64,000 nucleotides of DNA from Gammaproteobacteria bacterium (GCA_022340305.1 JAJDOF010000026.1:17627-81626), one strand, 5' to 3'; positions 1-9,286 are shown, counted from the stretch's first letter. Translations and numbers: made by a program. Notes: generated by a model from the letters alone, not told the origin.

Positions 1-1350
1 AATCCAGCGACAGCCCGGTGGATATTGACTCGTCCTCGACCTGGTCGCGTATCGCGTGATCGAGGGCCCGTTGCATGGATTTCAACGCGCTGCCGATTGC
101 CTTGCTGTTATTGGCCTGCTGTGCCGTAGCAATCTGCGCGCGCGTAATGCTGGCCGAGTGCATGTCGCGCGCGCGCTCGACCAGATTGTGCAGTTCGTCG
201 ATCAGCAGCAGCTTGCGGCTGTGATCGGTGTTGAAGTAGCTGAGTTGCACCAGCGGGTCGAAGACGTAGTTGAAGTCGCAGATCACGACATCAACCCAGG
301 GCAGCATCTGCAGGCCGAGCTCAAATGGACATAGCTCGAACTCGGTGGCGCTGGCCTGAATCTGTTCGACGTTGAGTTTACGTGCCCGCAACAGCTGTTC
401 ACGCGCCGCTCCCAGGCGTTCGAAAAAGCCGATGCAACGACGGCAACGGCCGTCTTCGTCGATTTCGTTTTCATCCACATTACACGGGCAGCTGCGCGCC
501 TTGGCCTGGATGACCAGGTAGCTGACATCGGCCTGCAGCAGTTCGATGGCGTTCACGGCCTGCTGTTGGCCGGACAGTTTGGCGGAAAGGTAGATAATCT
601 GGTCGCACTGGTCTTCCCCGATTGCCTTCAGCGCCGGGAACAGGGTGCTGATGGTTTTGCCCGAACCGGTGGGTGCTTCCACCATCAGCTGCTGGCGGTT
701 TTGTATGGCGCGATAGACTTCACCCGCGAAACCGCGTTGCTGACGGCGGAATTCGGCGAACGGAAACACCAGTGCCCGGGCCTGTTCACGGGTGGTCGCG
801 CGCTGTTTTGCCACCAGGCTTTGCCATTGCAGGTAAGTCCGCAGTGTCTGTTGCAGAAACTCGTCGAGTGCGTCACGCCCGTAGATTGCTGTCTCGCGTT
901 GTTCCTGTTGGCTAAACAGGCTGACCCGATTGAGGCTCAGGCTGACTTCATCGAGTTGGTGCTGGGCCGTATAGCAGGCGCCGTAACACTTCAACTGGGC
1001 CCAGTGCACCGCATCTGCGCCCTGAGTGCTGGCGTCACTGAGCAGGTCGTCGATGGAGTGGCTGGTTGAATGGCTATAAACCGTTTTGATTTCTTCGATA
1101 CGTGGCGGTGATTCGCGCGCAAACAACAGGTCGATACGGCCCCCGAGTTCTATCTCGAAGCCATCGATGCGGGCGTGCAGGCCGACGCGGACCTCGGCCT
1201 CGGCGAGCGTGTTGTAGCGGCGCTGAATCTTCTGGTGAGTTTGCAGACCATCCAGGGCTTTCACGCCCGGGCCGTTGTCGGCACCGAGATCGCCTGCGCG
1301 ACAGCAGAACTCAACCAGTTCGCGTATGCCAAGCTTCAGCGATCGCGCCA
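1..1350 (-). CDS. PD-(D/E)xK nuclease / XPD-DinG-family Fe-S DNA helicase fusion, N-terminal part (3' end runs off the left edge)
   Basis: The minus-strand frame is open from ATG 1350-1348 to the window edge. It is absent from the ORF track because there is no stop in the window. My translation gives MARSLKLGIRELVEFCCRAGDLG..., with GRIDLLF...IEEIKT (D..ExK nuclease-like), VEAPTGSGKT (Walker A), CPC..CRRC..CPFE (XPD/DinG-type Fe-S Cys cluster) and IDELHN (DEAH-like box). The ATG overlaps the end of the FAN1-like gene by 15 nt. Confidence 0.75.
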
Positions 1351-2997
1351 TGACACCCTGTCGAGTCGATGCGCGATGCCCTGCGCCTGGAAAAACTGCA
1401 TCCAGCGCTGCTGATTTTTTTGCAGACTGTCCCCGGGTCCCTTGACCTCGACCAGGCAATAGCCACCCGTGCCGGGAAAGTACACCAGGTCCGGAAAGCC
1501 GGCGCGGTTGTTGCGCAGGTCCTGCAGGATGCGCTCGAATATTGCCCGCCAGTGTGCGTGGTCGATACGTTCGAGCGCGAGCCGTATCAGCTCCAGGTCG
1601 AGTGCCTGCCAGTTGACCAGTGGATTCATCAAGCCCTGTTTTTGCCGCCAGCGCGGTTCGATGATGCACCAGATGTCTTCATTGCTGTCGATTCCGGCAA
1701 AGGCCTGTTGCAGTAGCGGACTGCGCCTGGCACAGAAATCGTGGGCGTAAAAATCGCTGGGGCGATATTGGAATGGATGGTAGAAGGCGCCCGCTAGCGG
1801 TGCGAATATTACCTCCCAGATCAGCAGGCCGAGTACCCCGTTGAACAGGCTGTTTTCGACGTAGTGACAGTGACCGCGGGTGTCTGCTGCATTGTAGTAT
1901 TCGGCAACAGCGAGTTCTACCGATTCGTGGTAGTCCAGTTGCAGGTCGACGATCTGCGGGCGGTGGCTGATGTGCGACAGGGCGACGGACTCGGGTGGAG
2001 CCAGGTCGTGTCGCTTGCACAGTCGCAGCGCGAACTGGCAGGCGAATTGCAACTCTTGCTCATCGAGTGGTTGCTCGATGATCTGGTAACACAGCTCGAG
2101 GGCCTTGCACGGTTTACCACGCCGCTCGTGTATGCGGGCGCGGCGTTCACGACTCGGCGGCAGCAGGCAACGTCGGTAATGCCTGCTGGCAGTTTTCAGG
2201 TCGCCCAGACGTTCCAGCTGACGCGCTATTTCGTAACGCAATTGTTCACTTTTGCGAAATCCCGGTGCCTGCGGGTCGATATCGCCCGGGATCATCTGGC
2301 TGAGATCGTGCAATTGCCTGCGATCGGAGTTATCGACAAGCTCGAGCAGGGACTGCAACTGGTAGAGCAGCCAGTGCTGCCGAATCTCGATGCTGCTGCG
2401 ATAGGGGCGGTGTTCGGGGTCGAGCGGATAGCTTTCGAACTGGTTGAGGCCGAGGTCATTGAGCACGAAGTCGGTCATTGACTGGTTCAGATTGCCGAAG
2501 AATAGCATCTGGCACAGCAGGTATTCATCGCGATGTCGCAGTTGCAGCAAGTCATCCTGTTGGCGCAGGCGCGTGAAAAAATCGGCCGGACCGGATTCTA
2601 TCAATACGGTTTCGAGTTCGCTGCGCCGCAATCTGATGCCCGCCAACGCCGGGTATTCGTTCATCAGTGCGCGTAATTCCGCCAGGGTATAAAGCGACAA
2701 CAGGGTGGGGTGGTCGATTTCCGCATTCAGCTCGATGAATCCGCTTTGTGCCAGTTCGCTGATTGCCGACTGCAGTGAATCGATTTCGTTGTAGCTCAGC
2801 TTGCTGATGCGATAACAGTCGTGACTGCGGTTGAGCAGGCGGATACAGAGTTTGCTCGCGTCGGCACCCAGTGCCGCAAACCGCGCCAGAAAGTGTAGCG
2901 GCTCGGGATCGAGTATGTCGGCATACACCCGGCGTACGTGCGTAAACAGGGTGATTACGTTGTCGAGGTAATAGGTTTCAGGTAAGTCCGGCTGCAT
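1336..2997 (-). CDS. FAN1-like VRR-NUC structure-specific nuclease
   Basis: This is the track ORF 1336..3579, but its first 194 codons overlap the lexA-like gene and promoter, so I chose the ATG at 2997 (MQPDLPETYYLDNV...). The C-terminus carries a VRR-NUC signature (GFPDLVYF...CLVEVKGPGDSLQKNQ). The 553-aa size and helical middle region fit bacterial FAN1 homologues such as the Pseudomonas aeruginosa protein. Confidence 0.8.
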   Translation of the reverse strand: MQPDLPETYYLDNVITLFTHVRRVYADILDPEPLHFLARFAALGADASKLCIRLLNRSHDCYRISKLSYNEIDSLQSAISELAQSGFIELNAEIDHPTLLSLYTLAELRALMNEYPALAGIRLRRSELETVLIESGPADFFTRLRQQDDLLQLRHRDEYLLCQMLFFGNLNQSMTDFVLNDLGLNQFESYPLDPEHRPYRSSIEIRQHWLLYQLQSLLELVDNSDRRQLHDLSQMIPGDIDPQAPGFRKSEQLRYEIARQLERLGDLKTASRHYRRCLLPPSRERRARIHERRGKPCKALELCYQIIEQPLDEQELQFACQFALRLCKRHDLAPPESVALSHISHRPQIVDLQLDYHESVELAVAEYYNAADTRGHCHYVENSLFNGVLGLLIWEVIFAPLAGAFYHPFQYRPSDFYAHDFCARRSPLLQQAFAGIDSNEDIWCIIEPRWRQKQGLMNPLVNWQALDLELIRLALERIDHAHWRAIFERILQDLRNNRAGFPDLVYFPGTGGYCLVEVKGPGDSLQKNQQRWMQFFQAQGIAHRLDRVSWRDR

Positions 2998-3018
2998 ATG
3001 GGTTCGTATTCTACACCA

Positions 3019-3054
3019 ATATATAACACTGTTGCATGCAACGGTGTTATATAT
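3019..3054. promoter_or_regulatory. 36-bp near-perfect palindrome (candidate LexA-type operator) in the 69-bp divergent intergenic region
   Basis: The sequence is ATATATAACAC-TGTTGCATGCAACG-GTGTTATATAT. The 11-nt outer arms are perfect reverse complements and the inner 14 nt are palindromic with one mismatch. The core CTGT-N8-ACGG is one mismatch from the gammaproteobacterial SOS box CTGT-N8-ACAG. It overlaps a plausible lexA promoter (-35 TTGCAT 3032-3037, 17-nt spacer, -10 TATATT 3055-3060). Confidence 0.5.
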
Positions 3055-3066
3055 TATATTGACCCG

Positions 3067-3675
3067 ATGGAAGCCCTCACCGACATACAACAGGCCGTTT
3101 ACGACTATACCCGAAAGGCATTGCAGCAGGGGCAACCGTTTCCATCCTTGCGCGATATCGCACAGCACTTCGGTTTTCAGCATACGACTGCGCGTTTTCA
3201 TCTGAAGGCGCTGGAAAAGAAAGGCTATGTACGCCAGCGCTCGCAGCGTGTCTCGGATTATTTGTTGCCCGACCTGTCGCATGAGATCGAGATGCATCCC
3301 GGCTGCTTCGATCTGGTCGCACGGATTCCCGCCGGAGCGCCATCCCCGGTTTTTGATGAAACCCCGGAATCTTTTTCGGTTACCCATGATTTCTTTGGCG
3401 GTGGCGATATCCTCGGGTTGACCGTGGTTGGTGACAGCATGTCGGGCGATTCGATCGCCGATGGCGACATCGCCATGATCAAGCGTCAGCAGGAAGCTAA
3501 CAAGGGCGATATCCTGGCACTGCGCATCGAAGATGAAATTACCCTGAAACGCCTGCAGATCAAGGCAGACAAGGCGCATTTGCTGCCGTCAAACCCTGAA
3601 CACCCGGTGCGCGTGGTGCCTGCCGCCTCGCTCGAGATCCTCGGCAAACTGGTCGGGATCATCCGCAAGGTATAG
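3067..3675 (+). CDS. lexA: LexA-family autocleavable repressor (cassette-associated LexA paralogue)
   Basis: I chose the ATG at 3067 (MEALTDIQQAVYDY...) inside track ORF 2998..3675. It has an N-terminal wHTH, an Ala-Gly cleavage context (ARIPAGAP), an S24 peptidase Ser (VVGDSMSGD) and a Lys (ITLKRL). It is the first gene of the imuA-imuB-dnaE2 cassette. Confidence 0.85.
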   Translation: MEALTDIQQAVYDYTRKALQQGQPFPSLRDIAQHFGFQHTTARFHLKALEKKGYVRQRSQRVSDYLLPDLSHEIEMHPGCFDLVARIPAGAPSPVFDETPESFSVTHDFFGGGDILGLTVVGDSMSGDSIADGDIAMIKRQQEANKGDILALRIEDEITLKRLQIKADKAHLLPSNPEHPVRVVPAASLEILGKLVGIIRKV

Positions 3676-3691
3676 GGGCAGGAATCTAACC

Positions 3692-4339
3692 ATGGCCTCA
3701 CTCCCTGCAAAAGATGCCGATCACTCCCTGCAACAGCAATTACAGTCGGCGCGTTCATTAAAGAATGACAAGTCATCCCAGGCAGCGTTGTTGCAATCGG
3801 GAATCGATGCGCTCGACGACTGTTTTCGCCAGACCCGACCCGGTGACCTGATCGAGTGGGGGATACCGCCGGGCTTGAATGGACGACTGATCCCGCTGCA
3901 ATTGCTGAAACAGCAGATCCCGCCCAGCGTGTGGATTTATCATCATCATGGGCTTGGCGTTTTTGCCTCCAGCTGGATCAGTCACGGTGTCGATTTGCAG
4001 CGGCTGTTTTTCATTTGCTCGGGAAATCCGGTGCGCGAGCTACGGCCCTTGTTCATGGAAGATACTTTCAAACGTATCATCATCGATGCACCGCGCAAGT
4101 TCAGCAGTGGCGATATGGCATTCGTCAGTCAGCAGGCACGCAAGCAAGGGCAGATCGTGTTTTTGATACGGCATTTTTTCCTGTCTGCAAAGCGTGGCAA
4201 TCCATACGCCAGCCTGCGTATCAATACCTGGCAAAGCAACCCGCAGTCATTTTCTTTACAGATAATCAAAGGTTCAGCTAATGGCAGGATTTCGTTACCT
4301 TACGCAGCAGTCGCCGAAGAGCATGGGCGCTACAATTAA
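3692..4339 (+). CDS. imuA: ImuA-like (SulA/RecA-fold) translesion-synthesis accessory protein
   Basis: A 215-aa ORF sits directly after lexA and before imuB/dnaE2. Its pattern (GIDALDDCF...GDLIEWGIPPGLNG...VWIYHHHG...GVDLQRLFFI) resembles ImuA family proteins. The call rests largely on position in the cassette. Confidence 0.7.
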   Translation: MASLPAKDADHSLQQQLQSARSLKNDKSSQAALLQSGIDALDDCFRQTRPGDLIEWGIPPGLNGRLIPLQLLKQQIPPSVWIYHHHGLGVFASSWISHGVDLQRLFFICSGNPVRELRPLFMEDTFKRIIIDAPRKFSSGDMAFVSQQARKQGQIVFLIRHFFLSAKRGNPYASLRINTWQSNPQSFSLQIIKGSANGRISLPYAAVAEEHGRYN

Positions 4340-4462
4340 CAGCACAGCCGATCGGCTGCTGCTCGCCCCTGTGTCCGGCCGCCGTTTTTTCTATGATTTC
4401 AGTGGGCCCGGTACGCGGATTATCGCGCAGGCAGTCGCTCGATTAGTCAATGGATCGGTAAA

Positions 4463-5929
4463 GTGAAAACACACATCATCGATCTGTCGGAGCTGCGTGG
4501 AGAGGACGAATTTCCGGCTTACGCAGCGCTATACAGCACACAGGCTTATAACCCCTTCCTGTTGTCGCCAACGGTAATGCGCTGGGACGAGAATATTTGC
4601 CTGGCGCGTCTCGAGGATTGCAAGCCCTTCTGGATCGAGCAGAAAAAAAAACTGCGCTGCAAACTGACTGAACTGTTCGCGCCGTTATTGATCCACCACT
4701 GTGGCGCAAACTACATCGCGGTGTTTGCTCAGCATCCCTGGCAATGCCTGTTGTATCTGTACTATCAACTGCGCCACCAGGGGAGGGGACTCTACCTGTT
4801 GCAAAGCCGACTCGACCAGAACATTTATCGGACACTGGGCTGGGACTGCTGGTTTGACGCGCAGACCGGGCTGGCAGATCATCTGCTCGCCAGCAATGCA
4901 CGTGGATTCCAGGTGCAGTCGTTTCATGCTCAGCAGGCGCGTATGCAGCGTTTCATTCAGCGCATCGGCGTGGCCTCGCCGCAGGACATGAATGCCGCTG
5001 ACAGTAACTCGATAACACGCCGCTTCGGTAAGTGGCTGGGCCTTGTCTGGCAGTGGAGTTTTACCGATGCGAGCCAGTTGCAATGGTTCCCGTGGATTAG
5101 CCTTGCTACCGAGCGACTGCCCGAGGTCAAGCGGGATCTCGATTATCCGCTTAATCAATGGTCATTGATTGAAGTCCTGTTGCGTGAAGACCTGGCTCGC
5201 CTCGGCACCCAGTTTCAGCGTGACGACTGCGTTCACATTAACCGAATGCTCTGGGAAATTACCCTGTTTAACGATCAAAAAGTAGCGGTCGAACTTTCCT
5301 TTCGGCACCCCTATTCGTTGCATCGTGATGGACCGGACTTTGTCACCGCGCTGTACCAGGCGCGTTATATTTACGATGACCTGGCGCGCAAGCTGCAGAC
5401 ACGCGAACACGACCTCGATTTGCCCGAGAACATGCCATTCCTGTGCTGGCGCATCGAGGTTTGTGAGCGGGTATTACTGGCGCCACAACTGTGGGAACTA
5501 TTTGCCAACGAATTCGACCAGATCGATTATCAGCAAATCATGAGCCTGCAAAACAAGTTACCGATCGCATTCGAATGTTTCCAGGCAAGTGCCTCATTTT
5601 ATCCAGAGCAATCCTTTGTGCAGATCCCCATAGGGCACCCTGTAGACAAGTCAACGAATACAGCGCTGGATCACTACCCCTGGTCCAGCAGTGCAGTCAA
5701 TAAACCGTTGTTCTATTTTCGTGCTCCCCAGCCGATCGAGAATCCTCTGCACGGCGCAAGCCCGATGCAGAAGTTTTTTCTGGAGCGCAATTCAAGCCAG
5801 TGGTGGTTGAGCCCCGAGGGCTTACAGTCAATCCGTGATTATTTCATTCTCAAGGACCACAAGGGTCGCTGTAGCTGGGCTTTTTGTAACCAGGACGGGG
5901 CCTGGTTCAAGCAGGGCGAATTCTGCTAG
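4463..5929 (+). CDS. imuB: ImuB-like Y-family-polymerase-related protein
   Basis: A 488-aa ORF with a GTG start lies between imuA and dnaE2. Size and position fit ImuB. I did not recognise strong catalytic motifs, which is expected for ImuB. Confidence 0.65.
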   Translation: MKTHIIDLSELRGEDEFPAYAALYSTQAYNPFLLSPTVMRWDENICLARLEDCKPFWIEQKKKLRCKLTELFAPLLIHHCGANYIAVFAQHPWQCLLYLYYQLRHQGRGLYLLQSRLDQNIYRTLGWDCWFDAQTGLADHLLASNARGFQVQSFHAQQARMQRFIQRIGVASPQDMNAADSNSITRRFGKWLGLVWQWSFTDASQLQWFPWISLATERLPEVKRDLDYPLNQWSLIEVLLREDLARLGTQFQRDDCVHINRMLWEITLFNDQKVAVELSFRHPYSLHRDGPDFVTALYQARYIYDDLARKLQTREHDLDLPENMPFLCWRIEVCERVLLAPQLWELFANEFDQIDYQQIMSLQNKLPIAFECFQASASFYPEQSFVQIPIGHPVDKSTNTALDHYPWSSSAVNKPLFYFRAPQPIENPLHGASPMQKFFLERNSSQWWLSPEGLQSIRDYFILKDHKGRCSWAFCNQDGAWFKQGEFC

Positions 5930-5991
5930 CCCGCATATCTTACCGATTTACGGCGCCCGTAGCAGGCAAGCGGTGAGATATGCGGGCTAGC
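5925..5991. repeat. Palindromic repeat element, copy A (21-bp stem, 25-nt loop) between imuB and dnaE2
   Basis: GCTAGCCCGCATATCTTACCG (5925-5945) pairs with CGGTGAGATATGCGGGCTAGC (5971-5991), with one U-G wobble. The left arm contains the imuB TAG stop (5927-5929). The right arm is 19 of 20 identical to 34656-34675. Confidence 0.8.
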
Positions 5992-6006
5992 CATGTAGAC
6001 AGGACG

Positions 6007-9000
6007 ATGTTCGATAACTTCAACGAGTGGTTGTGTAAAACCAACTTCAGTTTTTTGCAGGGGGCATCGCATCCACGCGACCTGGTTGAAACTGCCAATC
6101 GTCTCGGTTACCAGTCGCTGTGTATTAATGACTTCGATGGCGCCTATGGGCTTGCGCGCTGCTACCGTGAACTCGAGTACCTGAAACAACAGGGCCAGAA
6201 ACTCGGCGATAATCCTGGTCTCAAGTTGAACTATGGTGCCGAGATACACTTTCAGCGCGATCATGATTTGCCACTAATCCTGCAGGATACGCTGGTGTTG
6301 GTAGCGCAGGATCAGCAGGGATACACCAATCTGAACCGCCTGCTGAGCCAGGCGCATCACGAATCCAAGGACCATGCCAATCTTGCGTTCGAAACTTTGC
6401 TGGCCAGCAAGGTAGACGGCTTGATTGCGATACAGCCGATGCGAGGCACGATCCGTTGCCGCGATCATGATCAACCGATGCGCCACGCTGAGCTGAAACA
6501 GCTTTTCGACGGCCGTTACTATCTTGCCATCAGCCGCCACCTGCACCCGGCCGAGGATCGCTGGATCAACCGGACGCTCGAGCAGGCGCGTGAGCACCGG
6601 CTCGACTACCTGCTTTGCCAGGACGTTTTTTTTCATGATCGTGCACAGAAACGTGTTAGCGATCTGCTACAGGCAATACGCAACAATCGTATCTTCGATG
6701 AATGCCGGGAACATTTTTTTGCCAACGCCGAGCGCTGCCTGCATCGAGCCGACGAACTGCACCGGTTGTTTGCCGTCATCCCGGGTTATCGGCACGCGCT
6801 GGGCTTGTCGCAGGCGTTAAATCACAGCTGTCAATTCAACCTCGATCAGCTCGGGTATCACTATCCGCAGGAAATGATACCCACAGGACTGGATGCGCAT
6901 GGCTACCTGCGGCAACTGGTGCAGCAAGGAGCACTGCTAATGTTCAACCAGCAGCCCCCTGCTAAAATCCTGCAACAACTCGAACACGAGTTGGCGCTGA
7001 TCCGCCAACTCGACTTCGCCGATTATTTTCTCACCGTCTGGGATATCGTCAGCTGGGCCCGGCAGCAGGATATCCTGTGCCAGGGGCGCGGTTCCGCTGC
7101 CAATTCCAGCGTCTGTTTCGTGCTTGGTATTACCTCGGTTAATCCCGAGCATTTTGACCTGTTGTTCGAGCGTTTTGTCAGTATGGAGCGTGGCGATCCA
7201 CCCGACATCGACGTCGATTTCGAACATGAGCGTCGCGAGGAAGTGATTCAATACATTTACCGGCGCTACGGTCGTGAGCGCGCGGCCATGGTGGCCAATG
7301 TGATTACCTTCCGGGGTAAGGGTGCGTTGCGTGCTGTCGGCAAGGCGCTGGGTGTCGATGAGGCCCTGTTGCAACAGATGTCGAAGATTGCATCGAGCCG
7401 CTATTACCGCGGTAGCGGTACCGATAATATTGTCATGGCGCTGAAGCAGGATCATGAAGCTGCCAATCCGGCCGCCGCACGCATCAGCTGGCAGTTGTGG
7501 ATGGAGCTGAGTGAAAAGCTGCAGGGTTTCCCGCGTCACCTCGGTATTCACTCGGGTGGCTTCATGCTCGCGGACAAACCGCTCGATTGTCTCCTGCCCC
7601 AGGAACCGGCAACCATGCCGGGGCGCAGCGTGATCCAGTGGAGCAAGGAAGATATCGAGGCGCTCGGTTTTTTCAAGATCGACATCCTGAGCCTCGGCAT
7701 GCTCTCGGCGCTGCGTAAATGTTTCGACTACGTCGAACATTATTACGGTAAACGCCTGCGCTTCAACGAGATCCCGGACGATGACCAGCCGACTTATGCG
7801 ATGATACAAAAGGCCGATACGGTAGGTACTTTTCAAATTGAATCGCGGGCGCAAATGTCGATGTTGCCACGGTTGAAGCCCGCCTGTTTTTACGACCTGG
7901 TCATTGAGGTGGCGATTATTCGGCCAGGGCCGATCCAGGGCAAGGTGATCCATCCCTATCTTGCACGGCGCGAGGGACTGGAGCCGATTACCTACCCGGA
8001 CGAACGGCTCCGACCCATTCTAAAACGCACGCTCGGCATCGCCATCTTTCAGGAACAGGCGATGCGTATCGCCATCGCGGTGGGCAATTTCAGCGCCGGC
8101 GAAGCAAACGAACTGCGCAAGAAAATCGGTTCCTGGGGCATCAAGGATTTCAATCGCGATTTGCATCCGCTGTTGTGCAAGCTCGAGCAGGGCATGCGCG
8201 ACAATGGCATCAAGGCGGAATTTGCCGAACAGATACTCGGGCAGATGAAAGGTTTCGCCGAGTATGGCTTTCCCGAATCGCACGCGGTGTCATTCTCCCT
8301 GATTGCCTACGCTTCCTGCTACCTGAAGTGTCATTTCCCGGCCGCGTTCTACATCTCGGTGCTGAACTCGCAACCGATGGGATTTTATTCACCGCATGCC
8401 TTGTTGCAGTCAGCCAGGCGCGAAGGTATCGAGCTGTTACCAATATCGCTCAATCATTCTGAGTGGGATCATGCGCTGGAACGAACTGCGCCGGGGCGGG
8501 ACATGGCGATTCGCCTCGGCTTTCGGCTTATCAAGGGTCTGTCCGCAGCTAGCGTCGCGCGCATCATCGCCTGCCGCGCCGAATCGCTGCAATGGAACAG
8601 CTTCGAGCAATTCGCGCGCGATTGCCAACTGGCGCGCGATGACCTGACCCTGCTGGCGGCGTCGAACCTGTTCCGGGAGCTTGGCGATTCGCGTTCGGAT
8701 GCACTGTGGAAATCCGAGGCGGCGGCTTACAAACCACTACTCGACCCGCTCGATGATGGTATCGACTGGCAATCCGAGACCCGGTTTGAATCGATTCAGA
8801 AGGATTTCAGGGCTTTCAGGACCAGCCTCGGAAAGCATCCTGCGGAAGTCATTAGACAGGAACAGTGGCCCTACACGGTCGCAGCGGAAAAGTTTGTTGT
8901 TGCTGATCGCCTGCTGGAATTGTCCGCCGACAGCGACGTTTTTGCATTCGGCATGGTATTGGTCAAGCAGTCACCGGGATCGGCCAGGGGCATGGTGTTT

Positions 9001-9261
9001 GTCACGCTGGAGGATGAAACCGGCTTCATCAATCTCGCATTTACCCCGCAGGTGTATACGCGATTTTATCGCGCGGTCGACCAGCAAGCATTTTTAGCCG
9101 TGGTCGGACGCCTGCAACGGGTGGGCGAATCGCACTCCATCCTGGTAAAGCGCGTGTTCGATTTCAGATCGGGTGCCGAGCTTTTATCCATGCGCCACGA
9201 CGAACAGAGCGAGAATCCGGCAGCCGTAATCGAATTGATCAAGCCGCGCGCGTTTCACTAA
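6007..9261 (+). CDS. dnaE2: Error-prone DNA polymerase III alpha-subunit paralogue DnaE2
   Basis: Motifs include a PHP domain N-terminus (NFSFLQGASHPRDLV), GRGSAANSSVCFVLGITSVNP and PDIDVDFEHERREEVIQYIY. I prefer the ATG at 6007 (MFDNFNEW, preceded by AGGA) over the track ATG at 5980, which lies inside the hairpin of repeat A. Confidence 0.9.
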   Translation: MFDNFNEWLCKTNFSFLQGASHPRDLVETANRLGYQSLCINDFDGAYGLARCYRELEYLKQQGQKLGDNPGLKLNYGAEIHFQRDHDLPLILQDTLVLVAQDQQGYTNLNRLLSQAHHESKDHANLAFETLLASKVDGLIAIQPMRGTIRCRDHDQPMRHAELKQLFDGRYYLAISRHLHPAEDRWINRTLEQAREHRLDYLLCQDVFFHDRAQKRVSDLLQAIRNNRIFDECREHFFANAERCLHRADELHRLFAVIPGYRHALGLSQALNHSCQFNLDQLGYHYPQEMIPTGLDAHGYLRQLVQQGALLMFNQQPPAKILQQLEHELALIRQLDFADYFLTVWDIVSWARQQDILCQGRGSAANSSVCFVLGITSVNPEHFDLLFERFVSMERGDPPDIDVDFEHERREEVIQYIYRRYGRERAAMVANVITFRGKGALRAVGKALGVDEALLQQMSKIASSRYYRGSGTDNIVMALKQDHEAANPAAARISWQLWMELSEKLQGFPRHLGIHSGGFMLADKPLDCLLPQEPATMPGRSVIQWSKEDIEALGFFKIDILSLGMLSALRKCFDYVEHYYGKRLRFNEIPDDDQPTYAMIQKADTVGTFQIESRAQMSMLPRLKPACFYDLVIEVAIIRPGPIQGKVIHPYLARREGLEPITYPDERLRPILKRTLGIAIFQEQAMRIAIAVGNFSAGEANELRKKIGSWGIKDFNRDLHPLLCKLEQGMRDNGIKAEFAEQILGQMKGFAEYGFPESHAVSFSLIAYASCYLKCHFPAAFYISVLNSQPMGFYSPHALLQSARREGIELLPISLNHSEWDHALERTAPGRDMAIRLGFRLIKGLSAASVARIIACRAESLQWNSFEQFARDCQLARDDLTLLAASNLFRELGDSRSDALWKSEAAAYKPLLDPLDDGIDWQSETRFESIQKDFRAFRTSLGKHPAEVIRQEQWPYTVAAEKFVVADRLLELSADSDVFAFGMVLVKQSPGSARGMVFVTLEDETGFINLAFTPQVYTRFYRAVDQQAFLAVVGRLQRVGESHSILVKRVFDFRSGAELLSMRHDEQSENPAAVIELIKPRAFH

Positions 9262-9286
9262 GACCCGGCAATGATCTTGAAGTCCA

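Noticed and set aside
2998-3579. N-terminal 194 codons of the 747-aa track ORF 1336..3579 (-)
   Set aside because: This part runs antisense through the lexA-like gene and the palindromic promoter region and shows no recognisable protein features. An internal ATG at 2997 gives a FAN1-sized protein that starts right at the intergenic region.
4345-4358. Perfect 14-nt palindrome CAGCCGATCGGCTG in the imuA-imuB spacer as terminator or operator
   Set aside because: It is short, has no adjacent U-tract (the T6 run lies about 25 nt downstream), and has no second copy in the window. It is probably fortuitous or a minor structure.
5980-6006. Track start codon (ATG 5980) for dnaE2
   Set aside because: It lies within the right arm of the 21-bp hairpin of repeat A, and the extra residues (MRASHVDRT) are not part of the conserved DnaE2 N-terminus. 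The ATG at 6007 has an AGGA upstream. It is still possible; only mapping would decide.
6937-7953. 338-aa minus-strand ORF inside dnaE2, plus similar long antisense ORFs such as 11805-12566, 28520-29167, 29575-30402, 31526-32338, 39445-40104, 40183-40941, 59200-59922 and 61961-62509 upstream part
   Set aside because: Each lies entirely opposite a gene with strong family motifs. Their translations lack recognisable domains and are compositionally biased.
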